The notes under the pieces: model-generated
What the model was told of the DNA's origin: nothing
Database searches by the model: none
Seen by the model: only the letters and a program-made list of their open reading frames with translations
Made by a program: the position numbers and the translations under genes
In this document: positions 1-10,479 of the stretch, piece after piece
How the letters are laid out: every line of letters starts with the position of its first letter
Numbering within the stretch: the first letter of the stretch is position 1
Assembly (NCBI GenBank): GCA_030390025.1
Contig: CM059437.1
Coordinates: 54,684,001 to 54,748,000 of the forward strand
Reading direction: 5' to 3'
DNA: 64,000 nt
Origin: Squalus acanthias
Lineage: Eukaryota

Positions 1-1316
1 GCGAAGTCATCTACCTATTTCCCAATCTACAACATCGTTAAGACCTGGTGGTTGACTGAGCATGGGCATCTCCAGCTTTATTTTCCCAGGTGAAGACATC
101 TTTTCCCCCCACCAGAAGAACGGAAAAACAACAAAGACTATAGTTAACATTGGAGAGTGCCCCCCTCCCCACCCCCTGTAAGCACCCACCCACCCAGTAT
201 CCTGAGTAACGAAATAGCCCCTGCGGCCTCCATCCTTCCCCCCACCCCCCCCCCCCCCACCTCTCTCTCTCTGCCTCTCTCTCTGCCTCTCTCTCTCTAA
301 CGAGGCACCTCAATCCTTTATCTATTAATTACCCATTTGAGCAGAGGGGAGAAGGCCCCTCTCCCAATTCCAATCACCAAAGGGAGAGGTGTGCCTTCAT
401 TTTTAAAACAACCCCCTCTGCTCAGGGAAGAGACAAAAAAACAACTACCTAGGCCATTTCAACCATCACCTGGCCTGTGACTTGAGGTGAGTGTAGCCCT
501 TTATAACACCTCATTATGGCGAGCACATCATTGCCGGTGATGGGGCCAGCAAGGTCGTACGCGGGTGTGGCAGCCACGGCCACAGCCAGTCCCACTGCTT
601 CTGCTGCCCCGTCGCCTTTCAGTTTACTGACAAAAAAGCTAGGGGTGGAGAGCCACACTCACCCCAACATGACCATAGAGCAGTGGTTCCCAACCTGTGG
701 TTCGCAGACCACCAGTGGTCCGCGAGGGTACTGCAGGTGGTCCGTGGAAAAATGGTCCAAACCTCTAAAATAAACGTGTCTGTTGTCTCCACAGATGTTG
801 AATGACCAGCCGTGTGGTTCCAGTGTTGTTATTGCTGTTTAAATCTGGGTTTTGGGGATGAGCTGATGGAAGTGAAAACCTGCCGTGGATGGAGGGCGGG
901 TTGGTTTTCTGGAAGGAGCAAATCAACTGGGGCGAAAAATCAGCTGCAGACAAATTCACCAAAATATTTCCCACCTCACTACCGCACAGCGGTAAGTACT
1001 GCTCCACTCTATCATATAAACCCAACCAGTGCCCCCTCAATTCAACAATCTTCACCAGTGCCCCCACTATTATACAACCTCAGATGTGCATATACGGAGT
1101 GTGGGTCTTTGACAGTGGGTTTTATACAACAGCAGCCGCCAGTCCTCTTGTGTTTCACTACGTAAAACTAGATGTCATAAATATAAGATCCTCAATAATA
1201 AATCCAATCGGGAATTCAGGAAAACTTGTTTATGCAAAGAGTGGTTGGAATGTGGAACACGATACCACAGGTACCAGATATCAGTGAAGGGAGCAGAGGA
1301 ATTTCAGCCGTGAGTT

Positions 1317-1390
1317 GTCTCCGTGGCTTAGCTGGTCGAAGAGCTTGTCTAGTATACAGGGGAGCCTGGCTTCGATTCCCAACGTGGCAT
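1317..1390 (+). pseudogene. tRNA-Thr(AGT) pseudogene
   Basis: GTCTCCGTGGCTTAGCTGGTCGAAGAGCTTGTCTAGTATACAGG...TTCGATTCCCAACGTGGCA aligns full length to vertebrate tRNA-Thr(AGT) with about a dozen substitutions. A T-run follows. Confidence 0.8.
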
Positions 1391-1938
1391 TTTTTAAAGA
1401 ACAAAATATTCTCTTATAATCCCACAGAGGTTGGTTGCTTCTCGTTTGAAAGTGCTGCAATCCTTTGGGATGGGAACGGATAAAGGCACGTCACAAATAC
1501 ATATTAAAGTCTGACTGTCATTCGGCCAACATGCTAACATGTCCTCCAGTCTGCAACAGAAAGTTATCGGTTTATTAATGCCGATTAAAACAATTATTCA
1601 TCGTGATACTGCGTTTAATTATATGTTCGTGTAATTGATTTAATAAACTGCACAACTGTTTAATAAAAATCAGACCGAAAATCAAACACGTGCTCTGGTT
1701 GCACCGAATTCCAACACCTGGCCCACCAAGGAACGCTCCACCCAGCAGCTGTCAGAGCTCTAAATATACTGGGTGCATTCCCGCTAGATACAAATGTATT
1801 CCTGACATGTGTTCGATGTAAATGTTTATTATCTCTGCAAGTTACAAGTGTCTAAAGATATATCTGAATTCATTATTCATTTATTGGGACGCATCTGTCT
1901 AATTGTGAATTGAGGCAGTGCATTCCAGATCCCAACAA

Positions 1939-4900
1939 TCGAATAACTAGGGCTGTGGAGAGGGCTTTAAACTAATTAGTGGGGGGGGAGGTTTCAAGAG
2001 AGCAAAAAATAAAAATGACAACAGAGAGGGTCATAGACATAGGTAGCAGTAGGGGAATCACAAATCAGAGCGTGGCAGGAAGGGACAGAGTGTGTGGAGT
2101 AAAAGGTAAAGTGGTAAAAAGTGAAAAAGCAGGAACTAAGTGCCACAAAGCATATTTGAAAGTTCTCTATCTGAATGCACGTAGCATTCGTAACAAAATA
2201 GACGAGTTAATGGCACAAATAACTACATATGGTTATGATATTGTGGCCATTACAGAAACATGGCTGCAGGGTGACAATGCCTGGGAATTAAACATACCAG
2301 GTTATTTAACGATCAGGAAGGACAGGCAGGAAGGAAGGGGAGGTGGGGTGGCTATGTTAATAAAGGAAGGAATCACTGTAATACAGAGTAATGATATTGG
2401 GTCAAAAAATCATGATAATGAAACAGTTTGGGTGGAGATAAGGAATAATAAGGGGAAAAAAACACTAGTGGGCGTAGTCTATAGGCCTCCGAACAGTTGC
2501 AACTCTGTTGGACGGAGTATCAATCAGGAAATAGTTGAGGCATGTAATAAGGGAACATCTATAATTATGGGGGATTTTAACTATCATATTAATTGGACAC
2601 ATCAAATGGGGCAGGGCTGCCTTGAGGATGATTTCATTGAGTGTATTAGGGATGGGTTTCTTGAGCAGTATGTAACTGAACCGACCAGGGGGCAAGCAAC
2701 CTTAGATCTGGTCCTGTGTAACGAGACAGGATTAATTAAAAATGTCCTAGTAAAGGATCCCCTTGGAATGAGTGACCATAACATGGTTGAATTCCATATT
2801 CAATTAGAGGGTGAGAAGGTTGGATCTCAAACAAGCGTGCTAAGCTTGAATAAAGGAGACTATGAAGGTATGTGAGTGGAATTGAGTAGAGTGGATTGGG
2901 AAAATAGATTAAAGGGTAAGACGACACATGATCAGTGGTGTACATTCAAGGAGTTATTTTACAACTTCCAAAAAAAATATATTCCACTGAAAAGAAAAGG
3001 GTGTAAAAGAAAGGACAGTCATCCGTGGCTAAGTAAAGAAATTAAGGATAGTATTCGGCTAAAAACAAGGGCATATAAGGTAGCGAAATCTAGTGGGAGG
3101 ACAGAGGATTGGGAAAACTTTAAAAGGCAGCAAAAAATAACAAAAAGATTGATTAAGAAAGGGAAGATAGATTATGAAAGTAAATTAGCAAAAAATATAA
3201 AAACAGATAGTAAGAGTTTTTATAGTTATATAAAAAGAAAAAGGGTGGCTAAAGTAAATGTTGGTCCCTTAGAGGATGAGACCAGGAAATTAATGGTGGG
3301 AAATATGGAGATGGCAAAAACACTGAATGAATATTTTGTATCAGTCTTTACAGTAGAGGACACTAAGAATATCCCAACACTGGACAAACAGGGGGCTATA
3401 GGGGGAGAGGAGCTAAACACGATCAAAATCACTAAGGAAGTGGTACTCGGTAAAATAATGGGACTCAAGGCGGATAAATCATCTGGACCTGATGGCTTAC
3501 ATCCTAGAGTCTTGAAGGAAGTGGCGGTAGGGATTGTAGATGCATTGGTAATAATTTTTCAAAACTCCCTGGATTCCGCTAAGGTCTCGGCAGACTGGAA
3601 AACTGCTAATGTAACACCCTTATTTAAAAAGGGCAGTAGACAGAAGGCTGGTAACTATAGACCGGTTAGCCTAACATCTGTGGTAGGTAAAATTTTGGAG
3701 TCCATTATTAAGGAAACAGTAACAGGACATTTGGATAATCATAATTTAATAGGACAAAGTCAGCATGGTTTTACGAAGGGGAAGTCATGTTTGACAAATT
3801 TGCTGGAGTTCTTTGAGGAAGTAACATATAGAGTGGATAAAGGGGAACCAGTGGACGTAGTGTATTTAGACTTCCAAAAGGCATTTGACAAGGTGCCACA
3901 CAAAAGATTATTGCTTAAGGTAAAAAATCACGGGATTGGGGGTAATATTCTGGCATGGATAGAGGATTGGCTATCTAACAGAAAGCAAAGAGTTGGGATA
4001 AATGGTTCATTCTCAGACTGGCAATCAGTAACTAGTGGTGTTCCACAGGGGTCAGTGCTGGGTCCCCAACTCTTCACAATCTATATTAACGATTTGGAGG
4101 AAGGGACCAAGTGTAACATATCAAAATTTGCAGATGATACAAAGATGGGAGGGAAAGTAGTGAGTGAGGAGGACATAAAAAACCTGCAAGGGGACATAGA
4201 CAGGCTAAGTAAGTGGGCAGAGATTTGGCAGATGGAATACAACACTGGAAAGTGTGAGGTGATGCACTTTGGCAGGAAAAATCCTAGAGCAATTTATTAT
4301 CTTAATGGCAAGAAACTGGAGAGTACTGAAGTGCAAAGGGATCTGGGGGTCCTGGTGCACGAAACTCAAAAGGTTAGTATGCAGGTGCAGCAAGTGATTA
4401 AGAAGGCAAATGGAATGTTGGCTTTCATTGCTAGGGGGATAGAATATAAAAATAGGGAGGTATTGCTTCAGTTGTACAAAGTATTGGTGAGACCGCACCT
4501 GGAATACTGCATACAGTTTTGGTGTCCTTACTTAAGGAAAGACATCCTTGCTCTCGAGGCAGTGCAAAAAAGGTTCACTCGGTTAATCCTGGGGATGAGG
4601 GGGTGGTCATATGAGGAGAGGTTGGGTAGATTGGGACTCTACTCATTGGAGTTCAGAAGAATGAGAGGCGATCTTATTGAAACATATAAGATTGTGAAGG
4701 GGTTGGATCGGGTGGATGCGGGGAGGATGTTCCCGATGACGGGTGAGACTAGAACTAGGGGACATAGTCTTAGAATAAGGGGCTGCTCTTTCTAAACTGA
4801 GATGAGGAGGAACTACTTCACTCAGAGGGTGGTAGGTCCATGGAATATGCTGCCACAAAAAGCTGTAGAAGCTACAACATTAATTAAATTTAAAACAGAA

Positions 4901-5204
4901 ATAGACAGTTTCCTAGAAGTAAAGGGCATTAAGGGTTACGGGGAGCGGGCAGGAATTTGGACATGAGTCTAGGTTCGGATCGGTCATGGCCCTGTGGGTA
5001 GTGGAGCGGGCCCAGGGACCGTGTAGCCTGATTCTGCTCCTATTTCGTGTGTGCAATTCTGTTAGATGCAGGAGATGGTTCTGTGATAGTAGATAGTAGA
5101 TTGGCGGTTAGGATCAGATCAGCCATGATCTTATTGAATGGCGGAGCAGGCTCGAGGGGCCGATTGGCCTACTCCTGCTCCTATTTCTTATGTTCTTATG
5201 TTCT
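1939..5204 (+). mobile_element. CR1 LINE (end of ORF1 plus ORF2 EN/RT), inserted into an older antisense CR1 fragment inside the hAT element
   Basis: EN motifs LYLNARSIRNK, AITETW, GDFN and SDH; RT motifs [10 protein letters not shown] and FADD. The 3' tail is (TTCTTATG)n. Putative TSD AACAA at 1934-1938 and 5205-5209. Confidence 0.93.
1979..4965 (+). pseudogene. CR1 ORF2 (APE endonuclease-reverse transcriptase), disabled
   Basis: ORFs 1979-2875 and 2876-4795 are separated by an in-frame TGA, with a further disruption near 4793. Confidence 0.9.
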
Positions 5205-5570
5205 AACAACTCGCAGTGTAAAAAAAAATTGTTCCTAATGTCGCCTCGGATTCTTCTGCCAATTACCTTCAATCTGTTTCCTCTGGTCACCGACTCTTTA
5301 ACCACTGGAAAAATGTTTCTCCTCACTTACGATATCAAACCCGTTCATGAAATAAAACACCTCTGTCAAAACCTCTGCTCTAAGGAGAACAACCCCAGTT
5401 TCTCCATGCCCCCACACTCTGAAATCCCTCATCCCTGGTACCAATCCAATAAATCACTTCTGTTGATTTCTTCCTTCTAAAAAATAACTACAGTGAAACG
5501 CTTCTGAGAAAAAGCACGTACAGAATAAAAAAGTGAGAAATAAATACTGAGCAAAACGGATGTGAATGTT

Positions 5571-5653
5571 TAAGAACATAAGAAATAGGAGCAGGAGTAG
5601 GCCATTCGGCCTTCGAGCCTACTCCGCCATTCAATGAGATCATGGCTGATCTT
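5571..5653 (-). mobile_element. Very short CR1 3'-end insertion
   Basis: TAAGAACATAAGAAATAGGAGCAGGAGTAGGCC...CATGGCTGATC is the reverse complement of the CR1 3' terminus seen elsewhere in the window. Confidence 0.85.
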
Positions 5654-5776
5654 AGAAGGTGAAATAACAGAAGATCTGGGTTTTATGATTGGTCAGTGAG
5701 AGGAATCCATCTTTCAACCGGGCTTTGGCCGTTCGATTTACTGATAAAGACAGACAGAGAGAATTGTTGCATACAG

Positions 5777-6737
5777 GACCGGCTAGCGCAGTCGGTAGCA
5801 CATGAGACTCTTAGGGGTAAAAATTAGGTCGCGCCCCATTTGGGGCGCAAATATCGTCTGGACGCAAATATTAGCGCCTGGCGCTAATTATCGGCACTGA
5901 CTGGAAACTTCACTTTTACCGCCCCGGGAGGTGAGTAGAGCGCTAAATCAGGCGCTGCACACCTGTCTTAAGGCGCAAAGGCCAAGGAGTGAGGCGCTAA
6001 CTCAGAGCGCTGGCGAAGCTCATGTAATGTCAGTCAGCAATGGAACACACACACAATGGCACGGGCCAGTTCTTAAAGGGGATGGTTAATCTTGCTTTCC
6101 ATCCACATCCTGTTCATTGCAGCCTTGAATCTCGGCCTGGAGAGACTTGCACATCAAATGTGCTGGAAAGAACAATGGAGAGTACCAGGCAAAGAGCTCA
6201 TAGTGCAGCTCCCACAGTCTCTGCTAAATCGATACATGAAATGGCAAATCAAAATGAACCTGCAAAGTGCTGCTCAGTACCCAAAACTCCTTCACACAAC
6301 GTTGAATCTCTCCAGAAGTCTCTCCCTCTCTCTCTCAGAATGCGTAGTTCAAAAATGCCACCAACAATAAAAGACAGGAAGAGGCCCCCTTTAAATAGCG
6401 CCCCCCCCCCAGCCCACAGCGATTGATAGCGTTCCAGTCTTCTGGTCGTTGGATGCGCCAGGCGGTAAGGCAGGGGGCGCCACTCAATTTCCGCTCCGGG
6501 GCGCCACAAGGGCGTTGCACCATGGAATGACGTCATAATCTGCACGCGCAGGTGGTCGCAGCGGTAAGTTTTAGCACCGCCGCACAATCTCTAGTTAAGT
6601 TCCCGAGCGGCGCAAATATCGCTGTGCCCGGGCGTTAGCGGCTTTGCGCCCCATTAGCGCCCTCTTAAGGCACTAACGGGAGGCGCAACCAACTGAATTT
6701 TTACCCCGGGTCGTGGGTTCCAGCCCCAAGTTGGGCG
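5777..6737 (+). pseudogene. tRNA-Lys(CTT) pseudogene split at the anticodon loop by a MITE
   Basis: 5' half GACCGGCTAGCGCAGTCGGTAGCACATGAGACTCTTA (5777-5813) and 3' half GGGTCGTGGGTTCCAGCCCCAAGTTGGGCG (6708-6737) match vertebrate tRNA-Lys(CTT). ATCTCA is missing at the junction. Confidence 0.9.
5814..6707. mobile_element. ~890-bp non-autonomous TIR element (PIF/Harbinger-like MITE), copy 1
   Basis: TIRs GGGGTAAAAATT / AATTTTTACCCC with GCGCC-rich subterminal regions. A near-identical inverted copy lies at 22046-22938. Confidence 0.85.
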
Positions 6738-7216
6738 GTTATTTTTACTGCCGATTTTACAGGAGATCCCCAGCTCTGAATTCCGCGGCAGAGAGTCCAA
6801 GGAGTGTCTGATGTAAATGAGATTCAACAACAATATCAGAAAATCTCTCCATGATTCTGAAATCTTATCTCTCTCTCGTTGAACTTCATATCATTTCTCC
6901 GTCAGTGCGGCTCAGTGGGACTTCGGGCCACTCTCGCTCTTCACAATGCATCAGTGCCGGGAAAACAACGGGGAATTTTACACACATGTTGTGCTCTGTA
7001 ACTTTTTATAAAAACTTCAGTATACTTCACTCCGTGTCCAACCCTGTGAGTTCTCCCCTGGTGTGTCAGCTTTAGATGTTTATCAACACTTCAGCAGAAA
7101 ATTAACATAACATGAGCTCCGAGATCTGATCGGGTCCCATTACCCCGAAGTGATTAATAAACAGGAGGGATTCGAGTTTCTTTAAAAGAATGACACGAAA
7201 ATCACTTTGATGTGAG

Positions 7217-7244
7217 GCCGAAATAGCTCAGGTGGAATTCGGCG
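7217..7244 (+). pseudogene. Internally deleted tRNA-Phe(GAA) remnant
   Basis: GCCGAAATAGCTCAG is the exact 5' end of vertebrate tRNA-Phe, joined to its 3' end TTCGGC and followed by TTTT. Confidence 0.6.
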
Positions 7245-7751
7245 GCTTTTAGATATTTTGTGTTTCTTTCTTTGGGTCCTTTTCTCGAACTTACCAGTTT
7301 AAGCTGAAGTCTTTTATCCGCCACTGAAGGGTTGGGTTTGAATAGAGAGAGACATGAAGGATGGAAACAATTTCTATTTGCTGTATTTAGCTTTTATTTA
7401 TCTATCTCCTTCTGCCCCTTTCTCTGGTTTTTGTCTCTCTCGGTGCCGGGTGAACATTTGATTTGATGCATTTGTCCTAAACTGATGCCTTTTACACATC
7501 TCGCGGTGCTCAGACACGCTCTGTCTGTCTGTTACTGCTTGTGATTATTAACGGGAACAGGCCGCGAGTTAAACTTTTATCAGCAAACTGAAGAAAGACA
7601 AATAAACAGAGAGATGTGTTGCTCGGCCCAGTGCAAAGGTGAAATGGATGTTATTGAAAATAATTTCCCCCTGACAGTTTGTGTAGATTTTTTGTAAAGT
7701 CTGGATTTTCAATGTCAGGAGAAACCGAAAAGGTAACAAATAAACTGCTGA

Positions 7752-7824
7752 TGACCCGTACAGGGATTAAACCCGTGCCCTTAGCGATATTAGCACCACG
7801 CTCTAAACAACTGTGATAACAGCT
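7752..7824 (-). pseudogene. tRNA-Ile(AAT) pseudogene
   Basis: The reverse complement ...CAGTTGTTTAGAGCGTGGTGCTAATATCGCTAAGGGCACGGGTTTAATCCCTGTACGGGTCA matches vertebrate tRNA-Ile(AAT) with multiple substitutions. Confidence 0.8.
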
Positions 7825-7833
7825 GTCCGGATT

Positions 7834-7854
7834 GTTCGAGCCCCACGCTGGGCG
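7834..7854 (+). pseudogene. 3' fragment of a second tRNA-Lys(CTT)
   Basis: GTTCGAGCCCCACGCTGGGCG matches the T-arm and acceptor stem of tRNA-Lys(CTT) at 20/21 positions. Confidence 0.65.
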
Positions 7855-8873
7855 GTTTGTGTTTTACTTCTCACACTGGGTCACAGAGTTATTGTACAGA
7901 TAATGAACACACCACATCCCCTAAACATGATTCCGATATAAAATAATCACTGTTCGATTAAATCGATAGTAACAGAGAAAGAGCATTTAATTGTGAAAAG
8001 AATGATTGCACTAACAGTGAAGGGGAATCTGCCGGCCTCCGCCATTCTAATCCTGTGACTGTGGGAGTTTGGTTCGGGCAGAGGATTCACTGTGACGACA
8101 CGAATACCAACGCCCACCACCCCTCCGCCGCCCCACCCCCCCACCCCGCCCCCCGCCGCCCACCATCCATGTTAAACCTGAAAAGTGTCTGGCAAAAATT
8201 CGGAACAGGCGGGGAGGAAGTAACTTTTCGGAGAGGTTTGTGTTTCTGAATCCCTAAAACTTCTGGCTCTTTTTGACATGTCCTCATTCAATGTACAGAC
8301 CCTCTCCTCAGTCTGCCCCTCGAGACCCGTCACCTCACATTTCTCTCCAGTTAATTTCAAAACATGTTTTACACACCCCTCCAGGATTGTCCTGGAGTCC
8401 CCAATACTGTGTCAATTGTAGCACTTTCTGAAATACTACCCGTGTCATGTGTTAGTCAAGAGAGACAGAGGGGAATTAGACAGACCAAGCGTCGCTGAGC
8501 CTTTGCTGTAGTGAAACAGGGACTCATTTCATGACACATTGCTACAGCTTTCGGAATAGAGGGAGCTTACAGAGACCTAATGGGTTCCACCGAAACAAAA
8601 TAGTTTGAGGTGTTGGCAGGCAGGACAGATAGAATGTGGTGAGTGTTTAAACTAGATGTGGAGGTTGTTGCTGTAGTTGTTCTATGGAGTTCCTTCAAGA
8701 GGTGATTCTGAATGCAATGGATCAACGTGTACCCATGCAAAGCAAAGGTACTGAGCGTCATTACAGTCCAGCCTGGTTCAACGGAACGAGCAAACAATTC
8801 ATCCAAAAGAGAAAAAGGGATTTAAGGCCATGAGGGTAAATGGCACAGAATTCAGGCGGCTTCAAAACCATAA

Positions 8874-8968
8874 GAAATAGCAACAGAAATCACTGGAAAA
8901 ACTCAGCAGGCCAGGCAGCATCCGTGGAGAGAGAAACAGAGTTAACGTTTCAGGTCGAAGACTTTTCG
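8874..8968 (-). mobile_element. Penelope-like element terminal fragment with a minimal hammerhead-like motif
   Basis: Homologous to 40820-40920. Flanked by the direct repeat TCAAAACCATAA (8862-8873 and 8969-8980). Confidence 0.6.
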
Positions 8969-10479
8969 TCAAAACCATAAAGCAAGACAAGAGTGTAAAA
9001 ACTGCAACAATATGGCGAAGAACAATTTCACATTGAACAGGGCAAGTGAAGAGAAGGGTAATAATAGTGCCAGAGGTAAGTTGTGACATTATTCACAAAA
9101 TGTTTTAAACAGCTTTTGATGAGGATGTAGTGGTCCGCACAAAGGAAAAGGTTGGGAACCGCTGCCATAGAGGCTTGCGTTAAAGCCATGGCTGGGGAAG
9201 TCGGCCCCTCAGCCATTGTAGCGGCCTCTAAAATGTACGGCAAGGCTGTGTTCCTCCTGGGGTCGGGGCGGGCAGGTGTCCCTGGCCGTCACGAACGGAC
9301 TCACCATCGGCGGGACCTTCCTGCCGGTGGATCCGCTTGAGGCCACCGCGCAGCGAATCGTCCTTTCAAACGCCCCGCCCTTTGTTCCGGGTGAGCTCCT
9401 CCTCCCCCACCTACGTCAACTGGGGGAGGTGAGGTCGGGGTTTAATCCGATCCCGCTCGGCGGCAGGGAGGTCAGCCTCCGCACATCTTCTCCTTCCTGC
9501 GCCAGCTGTTTATCCAGCTGGTGCGGGAGGAGGACACAGAGGACGCGTTTGTCGTCCAACATGAGGGGACCGCCTACCGCGTCTTCTGGACGTCGGACGG
9601 TGTGCGATGCCATGCCTGGAAGGAGGTGGGGCACATAAGAAAGAACTGCCCCGCCTCCAAGGCCGCCAAAACATCTGAGGCGGCTGAGGCTGGCGCAGCC
9701 GCCGCTCCTCCCCCCGTTTCTGTCCGCGCTCCGCGACACCCGATGCGCGGTCAACGCTGGAGGTCAACGCCATCACAGCCTCCGGCGGAGGGGAGTGGGA
9801 GTGTCCGATCGGAAGGAAGGCACGGACGAAAAGCAAACACCTTCAGGCACGTCCGCTTGACATACAGGATGAGCTACCCGGGCTTACACCCCCGTACCTT
9901 GCGCAGGAGGCGGCGGTGCTCGAGAGTGCGGGGGGCCTCGTGCCTGGGTCTGCTTCCGCAACCGCTGAGTCGACGAAATCAAGACCTGCGGCCGGGCCCA
10001 GGCCCGAGTGACCCGAGCAAACCGTTCAACAGGAGGGAGCGGAGGTGGAGGCCTCGGTACAGATAGAGGTCTCCCAACCTCTGTGTCCCTTCACACTGAA
10101 AAGGAGGCGCAAAGCCCTGGAGGAGGAGCAGGACCGCGAGGAACAGAGTCCCTCCTCGCAAGGGGAGTCAGCGCTCGCCACGGGGGCTGCGCACCAGCCC
10201 CCCCCCCCCCCCGCCCACCGACACCGTCACCAACACTCGGCAGGAGTCGCCTGTCCCTCGAGAGGGTACGACAGATGAGTCTGTCCATCCTGTGCCTCCT
10301 GGGGATGGGGAAGAGACCCTGCTCATGGGGGGGGGGGATGCGGGAAATACCCGCGGAGGAACTATATCGTGAACCATTGTTTCTCGCCAGGTCGGGCGTC
10401 CTGGAGAACGGGGTGGGCGAGGTCGAAGAGGCTGAGCCCGCCGTATACGGTCAAGACTATTCCCAGGTGCTGCTCGACC

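Larger units (their letters stand above)
681..9164. mobile_element. Non-autonomous hAT (Charlie-like termini) DNA transposon, ~8.5 kb, carrying cargo
   Basis: Left TIR CAGTGGTTCCCAACCT (681-696) and right AGGTTGGGAACCGCTG (9149-9164) form a 15/16 inverted match. The 8-bp TSD CCATAGAG is at 673-680 and 9165-9172. The empty site ATGACCATAGAGG is present in Tx1 copies B and C. Subterminal GTGGTCCG motifs occur at both ends. No transposase ORF seen. Confidence 0.92.

Noticed and set aside
812-1287. 117-aa and 132-aa ORFs near the left hAT end as a possible transposase
   Set aside because: No BED finger, DDE or hAT dimerisation motif was recognised.
6040-6587. ORFs of 92-177 aa that recur at 22160-22712
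   Set aside because: They recur only because the MITE is duplicated. They have no recognisable domain and overlap on both strands.
6899-6935. GTCAGTGCGGCTCAGTGG, an A-box-like start of another tRNA
   Set aside because: No anticodon arm or T-arm follows, so no isotype can be assigned.
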